Of a stretch of 49,265 nucleotides of DNA, positions 8,141 to 15,737 are shown one piece after another; within the stretch, counting starts at the first letter, position 1; each line of letters starts with the position of its first letter. The position numbers were made by a program, and so were the translations under genes. The notes below the pieces were generated by a model. It was not told the origin of the DNA. It searched no databases and saw only the letters and a program-made list of their open reading frames with translations. Origin of the DNA: a virus; the IMG/VR virus record IMGVR_UViG_3300045988_047456. One strand, given 5' to 3'.

Positions 8141-9307
8141 GTGAGGCTAACAAAGAGATTAAATATACCAATGATAACTGAACCAATAAAATTCACAAAG
8201 AGAATCGGCCATCTCTTCGAGAGAGTGGTAGACCTGGATAATATCAAGCTGGCGATCAGAAACGCTGCGAAGCGTAAGAGCGACCGTCCCTCAGTCAGAA
8301 GGATTCTGCTGGACGTTGACAAGTACGCGCAGAAGCTGCAGGAAATCCTGATCACAGAGAGCTGGGTACCCCATGCGTACCACATCCGAGAGATCAACGA
8401 TGGCATTAAGAAAAAGAAACGTATCATCGCAGTACCGCGCTTCTTTCCGGATCAGTGCATTCATCACGCATTTGTCCTGGTATTTAAGGAAGTCGTGGAG
8501 CATGGCTCCTACGAGCATAGCTGCGGATGCGTGCCAGGGAAAGGAACTGACGGAGCCCGGAAGGTTATAAAGCGCTGGGTTGTGAATGATCCAAAAGGGA
8601 CGAGCAAAGTCGCTGTCTTGGATGTGAAGCAGTGCTATCCGACGCTGCCGCATGAACAGCTCCGTCTGAAGCTGGAAAAGCGTATCAAGGACCGGAAGTT
8701 CCTGCGACTTGCCTTTAAGATCATAGCCAGCTATCAGCAGGCCATGGCAAACAAGACGCAGCTGCTGCCGGAAACTATCGCAGTCGGAATTCCCGTCGGC
8801 TTATACACGTCTCCCTGGTTTTTAAACTTTTTCTTTCAGGACCTGGACCACCTGATTGCAGAGAAGTGTGGCCTCAGTCATCTCGTAAGATACGTTGATG
8901 ATATGGTCCTGTTCGATAATTCAAAGAAACGACTGCACGCAGCGATCAGAACAGTCGGAGATTATCTGCAGCATATGCAGATGAGACTGAAAAGCACCTG
9001 GCAGGTGTATCACTTACGGATTCGCCCGCTTGACTTCTTAGGGTTCAAGTTCCATGCGAACGGGAAAATAACCCTCCGGAAGTCAATCCTGTACAGGATA
9101 TCCCGCAAGGCCAGGACAATAGCACGAAAGGGCTATGCTTCAGTAACCAACGCCTCCGGTATGATCAGCTACAAAGGATACATGGATCATTCAGATTCCT
9201 CCGGATTCTATGAGAAATGGGTCCAGCCGTTTATAAATTTCAAAGTTCTGAAAGGAGTAGTAAGCAATGAGAACAGAAAGCAATGTAAAGCCCTCTGCGC
9301 AGCTTGA
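8141..9307 (+). CDS. DGR-type reverse transcriptase
   Basis: 388 aa from GTG 8141, or 378 aa from ATG 8171. RT motifs 'IIAVPRFFPDQCIHHAF', 'DVKQCYPTLPH', 'GIPVGLYTSPWFLNFFF' and catalytic 'YVDD' (8891..8902). Adjacent to the TR/VR pair. Confidence 0.9.
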   Translation: MRLTKRLNIPMITEPIKFTKRIGHLFERVVDLDNIKLAIRNAAKRKSDRPSVRRILLDVDKYAQKLQEILITESWVPHAYHIREINDGIKKKKRIIAVPRFFPDQCIHHAFVLVFKEVVEHGSYEHSCGCVPGKGTDGARKVIKRWVVNDPKGTSKVAVLDVKQCYPTLPHEQLRLKLEKRIKDRKFLRLAFKIIASYQQAMANKTQLLPETIAVGIPVGLYTSPWFLNFFFQDLDHLIAEKCGLSHLVRYVDDMVLFDNSKKRLHAAIRTVGDYLQHMQMRLKSTWQVYHLRIRPLDFLGFKFHANGKITLRKSILYRISRKARTIARKGYASVTNASGMISYKGYMDHSDSSGFYEKWVQPFINFKVLKGVVSNENRKQCKALCAA

Positions 9308-9659
9308 GATCGAAGCATTCCCGAAGAAGGAAGGAGCTGCCTGCACCGTAATCCTGTACGATAATATCGCCGGCCCGTTCACAAAAGACAACGGCGCGGA
9401 TCAGGAGCCATCCACCTACTTCACCTATGACCGGTACGAGGTAGAGACCTACTACAGAGAAGGCCTGGAAGAAAGCGTCCAGAATTCCTTTGATGCATGG
9501 CTTCAGAAGGCCAAAGAGGCCGAAGCAGCCGGCGAACCGCTCACTGAGATCGAGATTCTGCAGCAGACCGTCGAAACACTGACAGCCGCAAACAAGGAAC
9601 TCAGCAGCACCGTAGATGACCTGGTCATCGCATCCCTGGGAGGTGATCTTGATGCATAG
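9267..9659 (+). CDS. XkdW-like tail-fibre-associated protein (hypothetical)
   Basis: 130 aa. A good RBS (AAAGGAG) precedes ATG 9267, which overlaps the RT 3' end by 41 nt. It sits upstream of an XkdX-like gene, as in PBSX-type modules. It is acidic, so not Avd-like. Confidence 0.4.
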   Translation: MRTESNVKPSAQLEIEAFPKKEGAACTVILYDNIAGPFTKDNGADQEPSTYFTYDRYEVETYYREGLEESVQNSFDAWLQKAKEAEAAGEPLTEIEILQQTVETLTAANKELSSTVDDLVIASLGGDLDA

Positions 9660-9801
9660 TGCAATGTATGAAAGACTTAAAAGGTTATATCTGGCTGATC
9701 GCCTGACAGACGCAGCCCTTCAGACTGCAGTCAAGAGAGGATGGATCACCGATGAAGAAAAAGAAGAAATCATCGAAGCCAAGAAAGAGACTGCAGAGTA
9801 A
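9652..9801 (+). CDS. XkdX-like small protein
   Basis: 49 aa from ATG 9652. 'MYERLKRLYLADRLTDAALQTAVKRGWITDEEKEEI' matches the XkdX family pattern (..KGWIT.EE..EI). Confidence 0.55.
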   Translation: MHSAMYERLKRLYLADRLTDAALQTAVKRGWITDEEKEEIIEAKKETAE

Positions 9802-9970
9802 TTTCATTTGCGGCCACATTGATGAAAGGAATATCTGCAGGCGCTCATATGAGCCCTGTACCGGGCCGCTGTGCCGCTTTTATGAATTCTGCGGAGAATG
9901 CCGCAGCTATCATATACCGGCCAGCCAGGAGCCCTGCAGGAGCTGTATGAAAGGAGAAAGAGATGGTTGA
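9752..9970 (+). CDS. hypothetical basic/Cys-rich small protein (doubtful)
   Basis: 72 aa with 10 Cys. It overlaps the XkdX-like gene by 50 nt and has no in-frame start downstream. Without it, 9802..9962 would be a 160-nt gap. Confidence 0.25.
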   Translation: MKKKKKSSKPRKRLQSNFICGHIDERNICRRSYEPCTGPLCRFYEFCGECRSYHIPASQEPCRSCMKGERDG

Positions 9971-10313
9971 AGCATTGATCCTGGCAGCCGGGATTCCTTC
10001 AGCGGCCGTCGGTTTCTGCTTCTGGTTTCTGGAAAAGAAACTGGAAGCCAGGGCGGCCGCGGAGAAAGAAGAACGCCAGCGCCGGCAGAAAGCATTCGAT
10101 GAGAGAGAGAAGAAACAGGAACAGCTGCAGCTCGTTGTGATTAACAGCGTGAATGCCTGTATGTCTCTTTCAGAAGCTACGGCCAGAGCAGTACAGAGAA
10201 TCCCTGATGCGCACTGTAACGGGGACATGCACGCGGCCCTGGAGTATGCAACGAATGTAAAACATAAGCAGAAAGAGTTCCTGACAAAGCAGGGAGTCGA
10301 ACATATTATTTAA
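9963..10313 (+). CDS. membrane protein of the lysis cassette (N-terminal TM helix plus coiled coil; possible holin-family or holin partner)
   Basis: 116 aa with RBS AAAGGAGAAAGAG. 'ALILAAGIPSAAVGFCFWFL' is a TM segment, followed by a charged coil. It lies directly upstream of the holin and endolysin. Confidence 0.4.
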   Translation: MVEALILAAGIPSAAVGFCFWFLEKKLEARAAAEKEERQRRQKAFDEREKKQEQLQLVVINSVNACMSLSEATARAVQRIPDAHCNGDMHAALEYATNVKHKQKEFLTKQGVEHII

Positions 10314-10330
10314 GCAAAGGAGGAAATGAC

Positions 10331-10588
10331 ATGAAAGGTATTAACTGGACAAAGAAACTGACAAGCCGGAAGTTCTGGCTGTCCATCGCGAACTTCGTGA
10401 CTATGATGATCGTGGCATGCGGTGGAACAGAGAACCAGGCGTCCCAGGTAGCTGCGCTGATCATGGCCGGAGCTACAGTGATCGCATATGTGATTGGAGA
10501 AGGCCTGGCTGATGCAGCAGGAGCTAACCCGTCCATCGATGGAACTGAGGTCCTTCCTGGCATCGGCGTAGATGACACTGAGGAATAA
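10331..10588 (+). CDS. holin
   Basis: 85 aa with RBS AAGGAGG. 'KKLTSRKFWLSIANFVTMMIVA' and 'VAALIMAGATVIAYVIG' are two TM segments, followed by an acidic C-terminus. It lies immediately upstream of the endolysin. Confidence 0.6.
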   Translation: MKGINWTKKLTSRKFWLSIANFVTMMIVACGGTENQASQVAALIMAGATVIAYVIGEGLADAAGANPSIDGTEVLPGIGVDDTEE

Positions 10589-10636
10589 GAAACAGAGGGC
10601 GGCACTGCTGCCCTCTTTCAGAAAAGGAGGACCAGC

Positions 10637-12094
10637 ATGGAAATCAAAGGAATTGATGTCTCTGCTTGGCAGGGACAGATTGACTGGGATAAGGTAGCGA
10701 GTTATGGGATGGATTTCGTTTTTATTCGGATCACAGAAGCAGGCAACGTGATCGATAGCTGCTTCGAGAAAAACTTCTCCGGATGTAAGAAACACAACAT
10801 CCCGGTCGGCGTGTATAAATACAGCTATGCAATGACGATCGCAGAGATTCAGAGCGAGGCCAGGAAGGTCGTGTCCGTCTTAAACGGAAGGAAGCTGCAG
10901 TATCCGGTATGGCTTGACCTGGAATACAACAACCAGAGAGCTATCGGAGCAGAGAGCATCCACAAGATGGCCGATGCCTTCAGGGAGATCGTAGAGACAG
11001 CAGGGTACAAGTTTGGTATCTACTGCAACGTGGACTGGTACATGAATGTGATCTGCAGTCATCTGAAGAAGTATGACTTCTGGATCGCAAGGTATCCGGC
11101 CAACGATGATGGGTGGCTTCAGGAGAGACTCCGGCCAGACTTCGGTGTCGGCTGGCAGTACAGCTCCAAGGCCAAGATCCCTGGAATTAATGGAACTGTA
11201 GACCGGAACGTCTTCTACAAAGATTATTCCGAAGGAAAGAAGGAGGAACCGGAAGTGGCGGCAAAAACAAAAGAACAGATCATTCAGAACATCCGGAACG
11301 ATGCGGTAGAGTTTGCAGTCGGAATCGCAAATGATAACGATCACGGATACAGCCAGAGAATCCGCAGTCTGTACGAGATTGAAAATCCGAAATCTTTCGA
11401 CTGCAGCTCTCTGACTCTGACTGCCTATTACTACGCACTCATGAAGAACGGACTGACACAGCAGGCGCGGTATCTGAAGGAACACTGCAGCTATACCGGC
11501 AATATGCTGGAAATGTTAAACTGCGGGTTTGAGGTCGTGGCCAGAAATCAGACAACACATGCACAGATGATCAAAGGCGATCTGGAGCTCAACACTACAC
11601 ATCATGTAGCAATGGCGATTGATAAGGACAATATTGTCCATGCCAGAAGCTCCGAGGGAACGACGGACACAAAGGATAACTCCGGAAATGAGATCAGAAC
11701 GCAGCCGTGGTACCTGTACAGCCATGGCTGGACGCACCGTCTCAGATTCACCGGAAAAGGCGTCGACTTCTCCGGTCTCGTAAATACGAGCGGAAGTAAG
11801 CCGACAAAAAAACCAGAAACTGTGACACCGGAAACAACTACGAAAGGAGCTGGCTATATGTTTGAACCTAGCCTCGTGAAACTTGGATCCACAGGAACCT
11901 CTGTCCTTCTGTTGCAGGAAATCCTGCGCGCAAGAGGATTTAAGGGCAAGAACGGAAAAGCCCTGAGCTTATCCAGAAAAGCAGATGAAAACACCATCCA
12001 TGCGCTTAAGGCTTACCAGAAATCCAGAAACGGAGCACTGGTAGTCGATGGAGAATGCGGGGAGAATACCTGGAAAGATCTGATTGCAATTTAA
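10637..12094 (+). CDS. endolysin: GH25 muramidase, NlpC/P60-like cysteine peptidase and PG_binding_1 domains
   Basis: N-terminus 'KGIDVSAWQGQIDWDKVASYGMDFVFIRITEAG' is GH25. The middle region 'FDCSSLTLTAYYYAL...HHVAMAI...VHARSS' is a Cys-His peptidase-like domain. C-terminus 'GSTGTSVLLLQEILRARGF...VVDGECGENTWKDLI' is peptidoglycan-binding. Confidence 0.85.
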   Translation: MEIKGIDVSAWQGQIDWDKVASYGMDFVFIRITEAGNVIDSCFEKNFSGCKKHNIPVGVYKYSYAMTIAEIQSEARKVVSVLNGRKLQYPVWLDLEYNNQRAIGAESIHKMADAFREIVETAGYKFGIYCNVDWYMNVICSHLKKYDFWIARYPANDDGWLQERLRPDFGVGWQYSSKAKIPGINGTVDRNVFYKDYSEGKKEEPEVAAKTKEQIIQNIRNDAVEFAVGIANDNDHGYSQRIRSLYEIENPKSFDCSSLTLTAYYYALMKNGLTQQARYLKEHCSYTGNMLEMLNCGFEVVARNQTTHAQMIKGDLELNTTHHVAMAIDKDNIVHARSSEGTTDTKDNSGNEIRTQPWYLYSHGWTHRLRFTGKGVDFSGLVNTSGSKPTKKPETVTPETTTKGAGYMFEPSLVKLGSTGTSVLLLQEILRARGFKGKNGKALSLSRKADENTIHALKAYQKSRNGALVVDGECGENTWKDLIAI

Positions 12095-12106
12095 TACGGA
12101 CAAAAA

Positions 12107-12140
12107 GAAAGCCTGGGAGCTTAGCTCCTGGGCTTTCTAG
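12107..12140. terminator. bidirectional intrinsic terminator between convergent endolysin and reverse-strand genes
   Basis: A 14-bp stem, GAAAGCCTGGGAGC (12107..12120) pairing with GCTCCTGGGCTTTC (12124..12137), with 2 G-U pairs and a TTA loop. A-run upstream and T-rich downstream. Confidence 0.7.
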
Positions 12141-12159
12141 GCGTATTAGATTGTTATTG

Positions 12160-12363
12160 TCAATACTCATAATCAATGCATTCATCTAATTCAGAATAAT
12201 ATTCTCCATCAAATCCTTTTCTCATTAACTTCTCCCAACAAGAAGAACATACGAGCCTAAATGTTATACCATGGCAGTCTCTTGTAAAATTCATATTGCT
12301 TCTCTCGGTTTCCTGATTACAGCAAGGACATATTCGAATGTCTCTTTCTATCTGTCTATTCAT
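12160..12363 (-). CDS. hypothetical zinc-ribbon-like small protein
   Basis: 67 aa with 'CPCC...CSSC' Cys pairs. Its start overlaps the stop of the upstream gene. Confidence 0.5.
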   Translation of the reverse strand: MNRQIERDIRICPCCNQETERSNMNFTRDCHGITFRLVCSSCWEKLMRKGFDGEYYSELDECIDYEY

Positions 12364-12641
12364 ACAACTCCTCCTTCCACGATTTCTAATGATTTTTTAT
12401 AGGCATCCAGCCGGCACTTGCTTGAAAATTCAAAAGCTGTTTTTCTATCTTCCATCAGCTCTAATCTAGCTTTCGATTCTTCTTTTTTCAATTGATCTAT
12501 AACTTTATCCACATCAAACACTGTCGGCTGTTTATCAATCAGTTCAGTCAAAGCAATTGCTTTGACTTGTGGATAATTATGCGCAATCATCATCGCTGTA
12601 ACCTGATCTTTAAATTTATCAGCATTAATCAGTCTACTCAT
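12360..12641 (-). CDS. hypothetical protein
   Basis: 93 aa, helical and charged. Its ATG 12641 abuts the TGA (12644..12642) of the upstream Cys-rich reading frame. Confidence 0.5.
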   Translation of the reverse strand: MSRLINADKFKDQVTAMMIAHNYPQVKAIALTELIDKQPTVFDVDKVIDQLKKEESKARLELMEDRKTAFEFSSKCRLDAYKKSLEIVEGGVV

Positions 12642-12849
12642 TCAATCACATCCCTCTTTCCTCATAATTTCTTTTATGCATTTCTCACAGTAGCAACCTT
12701 CCTGTCCCTGTATCTTATACAAGAAGCACGCCCAGTGTCTGTTCCAGATGCCTTTATCGTCGCATCTTTTGCAACTACCTTGCCCGTTTCCCTCACATCG
12801 TATTATATTTTTAACATTTTTCGTCCTCCTTCTTTTCCTGTTCTGTCAT
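12642..12849 (-). pseudogene. Cys-rich (CxxCxGxG / CxxC) small ORF interrupted by a +1 frame change at an A5 run
   Basis: ATG 12849 opens 'MTEQEKKEDEK' and then hits a stop. The adjacent frame reads '..VKNIIRCEGNGQGSCKRCDDKGIWNRHWACFLYKIQGQEGCYCEKCIKEIMRKEGCD*' but has no ATG/GTG/TTG start of its own. The 208-nt span is not divisible by 3, and the junction lies at GAAAAAT (about 12817..12823). Confidence 0.3.
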
Positions 12850-12870
12850 TATGTCCTCACTTTCCCCATG

Positions 12871-13035
12871 TTAATTCTCCCAAAGCTCAATGTCGTGAAT
12901 TTCGATACCGGATCCGAACTGAACCTTTGCGGCCTTCCTGGCCTGTGCTTTTGTATCAACATAAGCTCTGACCACATTCCAGGCGCCACCAGGATAACTC
13001 CAGGTTACTAAATATACTTTGTTTGTTCTTCTCAT
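12871..13035 (-). CDS. hypothetical 54-aa protein
   Basis: Translated by hand as 'MRRTNKVYLVTWSYPGGAWNVVRAYVDTKAQARKAAKVQFGSGIEIHDIELWEN'. ATGA overlap with the upstream gene's stop. Below the ORF-track length cut-off. Confidence 0.4.
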   Translation of the reverse strand: MRRTNKVYLVTWSYPGGAWNVVRAYVDTKAQARKAAKVQFGSGIEIHDIELWEN

Positions 13036-13217
13036 AATGCTGCTCCTTTCTTTGGATAATAATGTGTAATACGCGACCGGTTCTCAAAGAACATGATCAC
13101 CGACGCAGGCTGTCCGGTTTCGTTTGCAACGCCCTGAGCAGTCAAGGCAGCCTCGCGCTGGCTGATGGTTTCCAAAAAGAAATCGCCGGATCCGAATACA
13201 TGATAAATAGCTGGCAT
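13032..13217 (-). CDS. hypothetical protein
   Basis: 61 aa from ATG 13217, preceded by AAGGAGG at an 8-nt spacing. The track ORF starts at TTG 13223. Confidence 0.45.
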   Translation of the reverse strand: MPAIYHVFGSGDFFLETISQREAALTAQGVANETGQPASVIMFFENRSRITHYYPKKGAAL

Positions 13218-13295
13218 AAACAACGCCTCCTTCCATTTTTGGTATTTCGCTTTTTTATAATGCGGGGTGAAAGACGCATGATAAAAAAGTGAGCC

Positions 13296-14867
13296 TCAAA
13301 GCATAATAGAAAGGGACTCCCCGTCCCATACACATTTTTTTATTACGTCTTTCACAATAGCATTTTTCTCCGCAGCGGAGAAGGAATCCAGATCACTGAC
13401 AAGCCGGTTAATCTCAGATACCTTTGAGAGCGTGTCCTGCTGCTGCAGGGACCTCTTTCTCTCGACGGCCAGTGCCAGGTTGTGCTCGCGCCGTAGCGCC
13501 TGAATTTCCAGGTCCAGCCGTTCCAATTCGGCCAGAATATACTTCTGCGCGGAAGAATCCGCAGCCAGGGAAAGCGAGGATACCAGGCGGTCGATGCGGG
13601 TCTGACAAGTGTTGATCTTCGATGCGAGGACCTTCGGATCCGGGCCGGATAGCACCTCAGTGTTTTGTTCCGCAAATTTCTGAATGACACCAGGATCCCG
13701 CTTGATCGACTGCAGGAGCTCCAGGACTTTCTGATCCAACAGCTCGCATTTGATGTGGTGAGAATCACAGACTTCTTTCCCCTGCCTCATACGCTTCAGA
13801 CAGTAATACCAGGAGGACACTCCCTCCTTTTTCTTTTTCCTGGACACGCACATAATAGAGCCACAGGAACACCGGAGCACTCCCTTCAGAAGAGGCACGT
13901 CGTACTTCATCGTTTTATCGAATTTGTTCTGCGCGAACCTGGCCTGCACAGCTAACCATTTATCTGCCGGCATGAATGGCTCATGAGCACCTAGGCAGAC
14001 GAGCCACTTCTCCGGAGGCTGCATCTGGTGCTTTTTGTTTTTCTGAGTCGTCCGGCCATAGATCATGACGCCGCAGGTACCGTCCCATTGTTCCCTGGGT
14101 GACTCAATATCCATCTGGCAGCCCTTGGCAGCGTAATAGTCGTAGACTTCCGGAGTAGCCTGTGCGCAGTACGGCATGGTCAGAATTTTATGCAGCTGGG
14201 TAGTTGAAAAGAAAGCACCGGTACGCGTCCGGATACCCTGCTTCTTGAAAGCCGTCTCCATGCTCTGAAGAGAGTAGCCGTTCTGCAGAAAAGTATCAAA
14301 GATCCAGGTTACATACTTCACACCTTCCGGATCCGGAACGATGGAACAGTGTTTTTTACCATTCGCCTCGATGCGGGTACGAACATATCCTTCAGGAGGA
14401 TTCCCTCCGGTCCAGTATCCCTTCTTTGCAAGGCCGATCATATTATCCGCCACCCTGGCTGCGATGGTCTCACGTTCCATCTGAGCAAAGACGACGGTAA
14501 CATACATCATGGCGCGCCCGATCGGCGTGGACGTGTCAATATTTTCTTTGATAGAGATAAACTTCACATGGTGCTCTTCCAGGATTGCGTAGATATTCGC
14601 AAAGTCCCGGACATCCCTGGAAAGACGGTCCAGCTGATACACGATCAGAATGTCGCAGTTCCCGGCGGCGATGTCTACCAGGAGACGCTGCAGATCAGGA
14701 CGCTTGATGTTCGCACCAGTGAAAGCCTCGTCCTGGTATTCCAGAAAGGAATCCACCTGTCCGGAGAATTTCATTTCCACATAGTCCCGGCACATCCGGA
14801 ACTGGTTGTCGATGGAATCTGAGTGATCAGAATAGATCGACTTCCTGCCATAGCAACAAATGTTCAT
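13296..14867 (-). CDS. large serine recombinase (integrase)
   Basis: 523 aa. It has an N-terminal resolvase domain ('YGRKSIYSD', 'VYQLDRLSRD', 'ERETIAARV'), a recombinase domain, a Cys-rich zinc ribbon ('CSCGSIMC...YYCLKR...CDSH') and a C-terminal coiled coil. Confidence 0.9.
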   Translation of the reverse strand: MNICCYGRKSIYSDHSDSIDNQFRMCRDYVEMKFSGQVDSFLEYQDEAFTGANIKRPDLQRLLVDIAAGNCDILIVYQLDRLSRDVRDFANIYAILEEHHVKFISIKENIDTSTPIGRAMMYVTVVFAQMERETIAARVADNMIGLAKKGYWTGGNPPEGYVRTRIEANGKKHCSIVPDPEGVKYVTWIFDTFLQNGYSLQSMETAFKKQGIRTRTGAFFSTTQLHKILTMPYCAQATPEVYDYYAAKGCQMDIESPREQWDGTCGVMIYGRTTQKNKKHQMQPPEKWLVCLGAHEPFMPADKWLAVQARFAQNKFDKTMKYDVPLLKGVLRCSCGSIMCVSRKKKKEGVSSWYYCLKRMRQGKEVCDSHHIKCELLDQKVLELLQSIKRDPGVIQKFAEQNTEVLSGPDPKVLASKINTCQTRIDRLVSSLSLAADSSAQKYILAELERLDLEIQALRREHNLALAVERKRSLQQQDTLSKVSEINRLVSDLDSFSAAEKNAIVKDVIKKCVWDGESLSIML

Positions 14868-15024
14868 AAGAACCTCCTAAAAAAGGGTATAAAAATAACA
14901 CCTATGCAGGTGCCATGAACTGTGCTATAATTCTCTTGACTAGAGAGCATTGTAGCCAGCCAAACGGCTGTGTCTGCAAGGATTTCACAAAATCGTCTGG
15001 TGTTGGTAGCGCTGGGCGATTTTT

Positions 15025-15201
15025 TTATTCAGTTTCTGTGTCAGATACAGATTTGTTTCCTATCTCGCAGGTATAGTTTGTAATGATACCTTTATTGTTT
15101 GCAGTCACTCCTGCAATAGCTCTCAATAAATATCCAACGAGTTGTTCTTCCTGAACACGAGACTTATCTGTACATTTAATGTCAAGAGTCATCTTAATCA
15201 T
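15025..15201 (-). CDS. hypothetical 58-aa protein, co-transcribed with the secreted protein
   Basis: Translated by hand as 'MIKMTLDIKCTDKSRVQEEQLVGYLLRAIAGVTANNKGIITNYTCEIGNKSVSDTETE'. RBS GGAGGG lies 7 nt upstream. Below the track cut-off. Confidence 0.4.
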   Translation of the reverse strand: MIKMTLDIKCTDKSRVQEEQLVGYLLRAIAGVTANNKGIITNYTCEIGNKSVSDTETE

Positions 15202-15215
15202 TGTTTTGCCCTCCG

Positions 15216-15737
15216 TTATTCACTTTCCTCTGCGTTCAGATCTTCCACTTCTCCAGTTTCAATGTCAATCCAGTAATCACCGGTGACTTCTCCGCCAAAG
15301 AGCAGCTTCGCATCGTGTTCTTCGCCATCCACATATTTGTGAACAGTTACAGAAACGTATCCGGAAATCGGCGCGTCGCTGATCTTTGTAGTTGTCTGAT
15401 CAGTGAAGTTTACGACCGCATGGATCTCGTCTTTAGAGGTCACGAACTCTTTGTAATAAGCCAGGGCGAAGTCCAGAGAAGATTTGTCAGAGGCCAGGGT
15501 AGCAATACGCCAGTTCCCGGTCACATCGTTTCTGACTTCATTCGAGAAGTGTAACTGGATCGCGTCCTCGTCCTTATCATCTTCGGAACACTTCAGATCA
15601 TAGGTCCCATTTTTGACCGGTTCCTTCTTTTCTTCTGCCGGAGCTTCTGTGGTGGAAGCGTTCTCGGCCATGACTGCGTAGCTCGGAGCAACTGCAAGAG
15701 TTCCGGCCAGCAGTAAAGCGGCTATTTTCTTCTTCAT
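15216..15737 (-). CDS. secreted protein with Sec signal peptide (lysogeny-side accessory gene)
   Basis: ATG 15737 is preceded by GGAGGG. 'MKKKIAALLLAGTLAVAPSYAVMA|EN' is a signal peptide with no lipobox Cys. Mature product about 150 aa and acidic. Confidence 0.6.
   Translation of the reverse strand: MKKKIAALLLAGTLAVAPSYAVMAENASTTEAPAEEKKEPVKNGTYDLKCSEDDKDEDAIQLHFSNEVRNDVTGNWRIATLASDKSSLDFALAYYKEFVTSKDEIHAVVNFTDQTTTKISDAPISGYVSVTVHKYVDGEEHDAKLLFGGEVTGDYWIDIETGEVEDLNAEESE

Noticed and set aside
13352-14822. ORFs nested in the integrase gene (13352..13768-, 13414..13608-, 13424..13615+, 13665..13955+, 14349..14822+).
   Set aside because: The 523-aa frame carries all the serine-recombinase motifs. 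The nested ORFs have no RBS and skewed Arg/Pro/Gly composition.
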